NCBI GenBank assembly: GCA_964010765.1
Contig: CAXGMD010000011.1
Span: 1 to 62,090, forward strand
Source: an uncultured bacterium
GTDB lineage: Bacteria > SAR324 > NAC60-12
Direction: 5' to 3'
DNA: 62,090 nucleotides
Shown here: in pieces, positions 62,038 to 62,090 of the stretch
Position numbering within the stretch: the first letter of the stretch is position 1
Layout of the letters: the number at the start of each line of letters is the position of its first letter
Notes under the pieces: generated by a model
What the model saw: only the letters and a program-made list of their open reading frames with translations
Databases searched by the model: none
Told to the model about the DNA's origin: nothing
Made by a program: the position numbers and the translations under genes

Positions 62038-62090
62038 GGTGCAATCATTAGAAAGCAGAACTGGCGAAATACGCCTTGGATGTATTTCCT

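Overview
62 kb of gene-dense bacterial chromosome. The gene content and style suggest a marine deltaproteobacterium-like organism such as SAR324; this is an inference and was not checked. I recognised no rRNA, tRNA, CRISPR array or transposase. The left part (1-36 kb) is mostly housekeeping and transport: LacI regulator, adk, proA, a TPR-gspK-birA-coaX-SPOR run, a peptide-type SBP, an SH3b/beta-lactamase-fold protein, a nucleoside uptake and salvage operon (cdd-PNP-deoA-BMP-ABC), a LarA-family enzyme, cidA/lrgB, a MORN-repeat protein and TetR-TolC-MFP-RND. The middle (37-51 kb) looks accessory and is more AT-rich in places by eye. It holds an uncharacterised class I aldolase-like gene, a sugar ABC-ThuA-PhyH-divergent PanB operon, a tandem array of four secreted DUF3015-like paralogues, a PanE-like reductase, a GT4 glycosyltransferase and D-tartrate dehydratase. 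The paralogues have variable N-termini that all keep His at mature position 2, and one copy is broken by an in-frame TAA. The right part (52-62 kb) is a six-gene cp-ATP-grasp/alpha-E/Anbu/transglutaminase operon. Its Anbu protease gene is frameshifted after about codon 11, and a truncated aldehyde dehydrogenase tail lies at the window end. The best novelty candidates are the DUF3015-like array and the PanB-like/PhyH/ThuA catabolic operon. All family calls come from motif recognition, not database searches.
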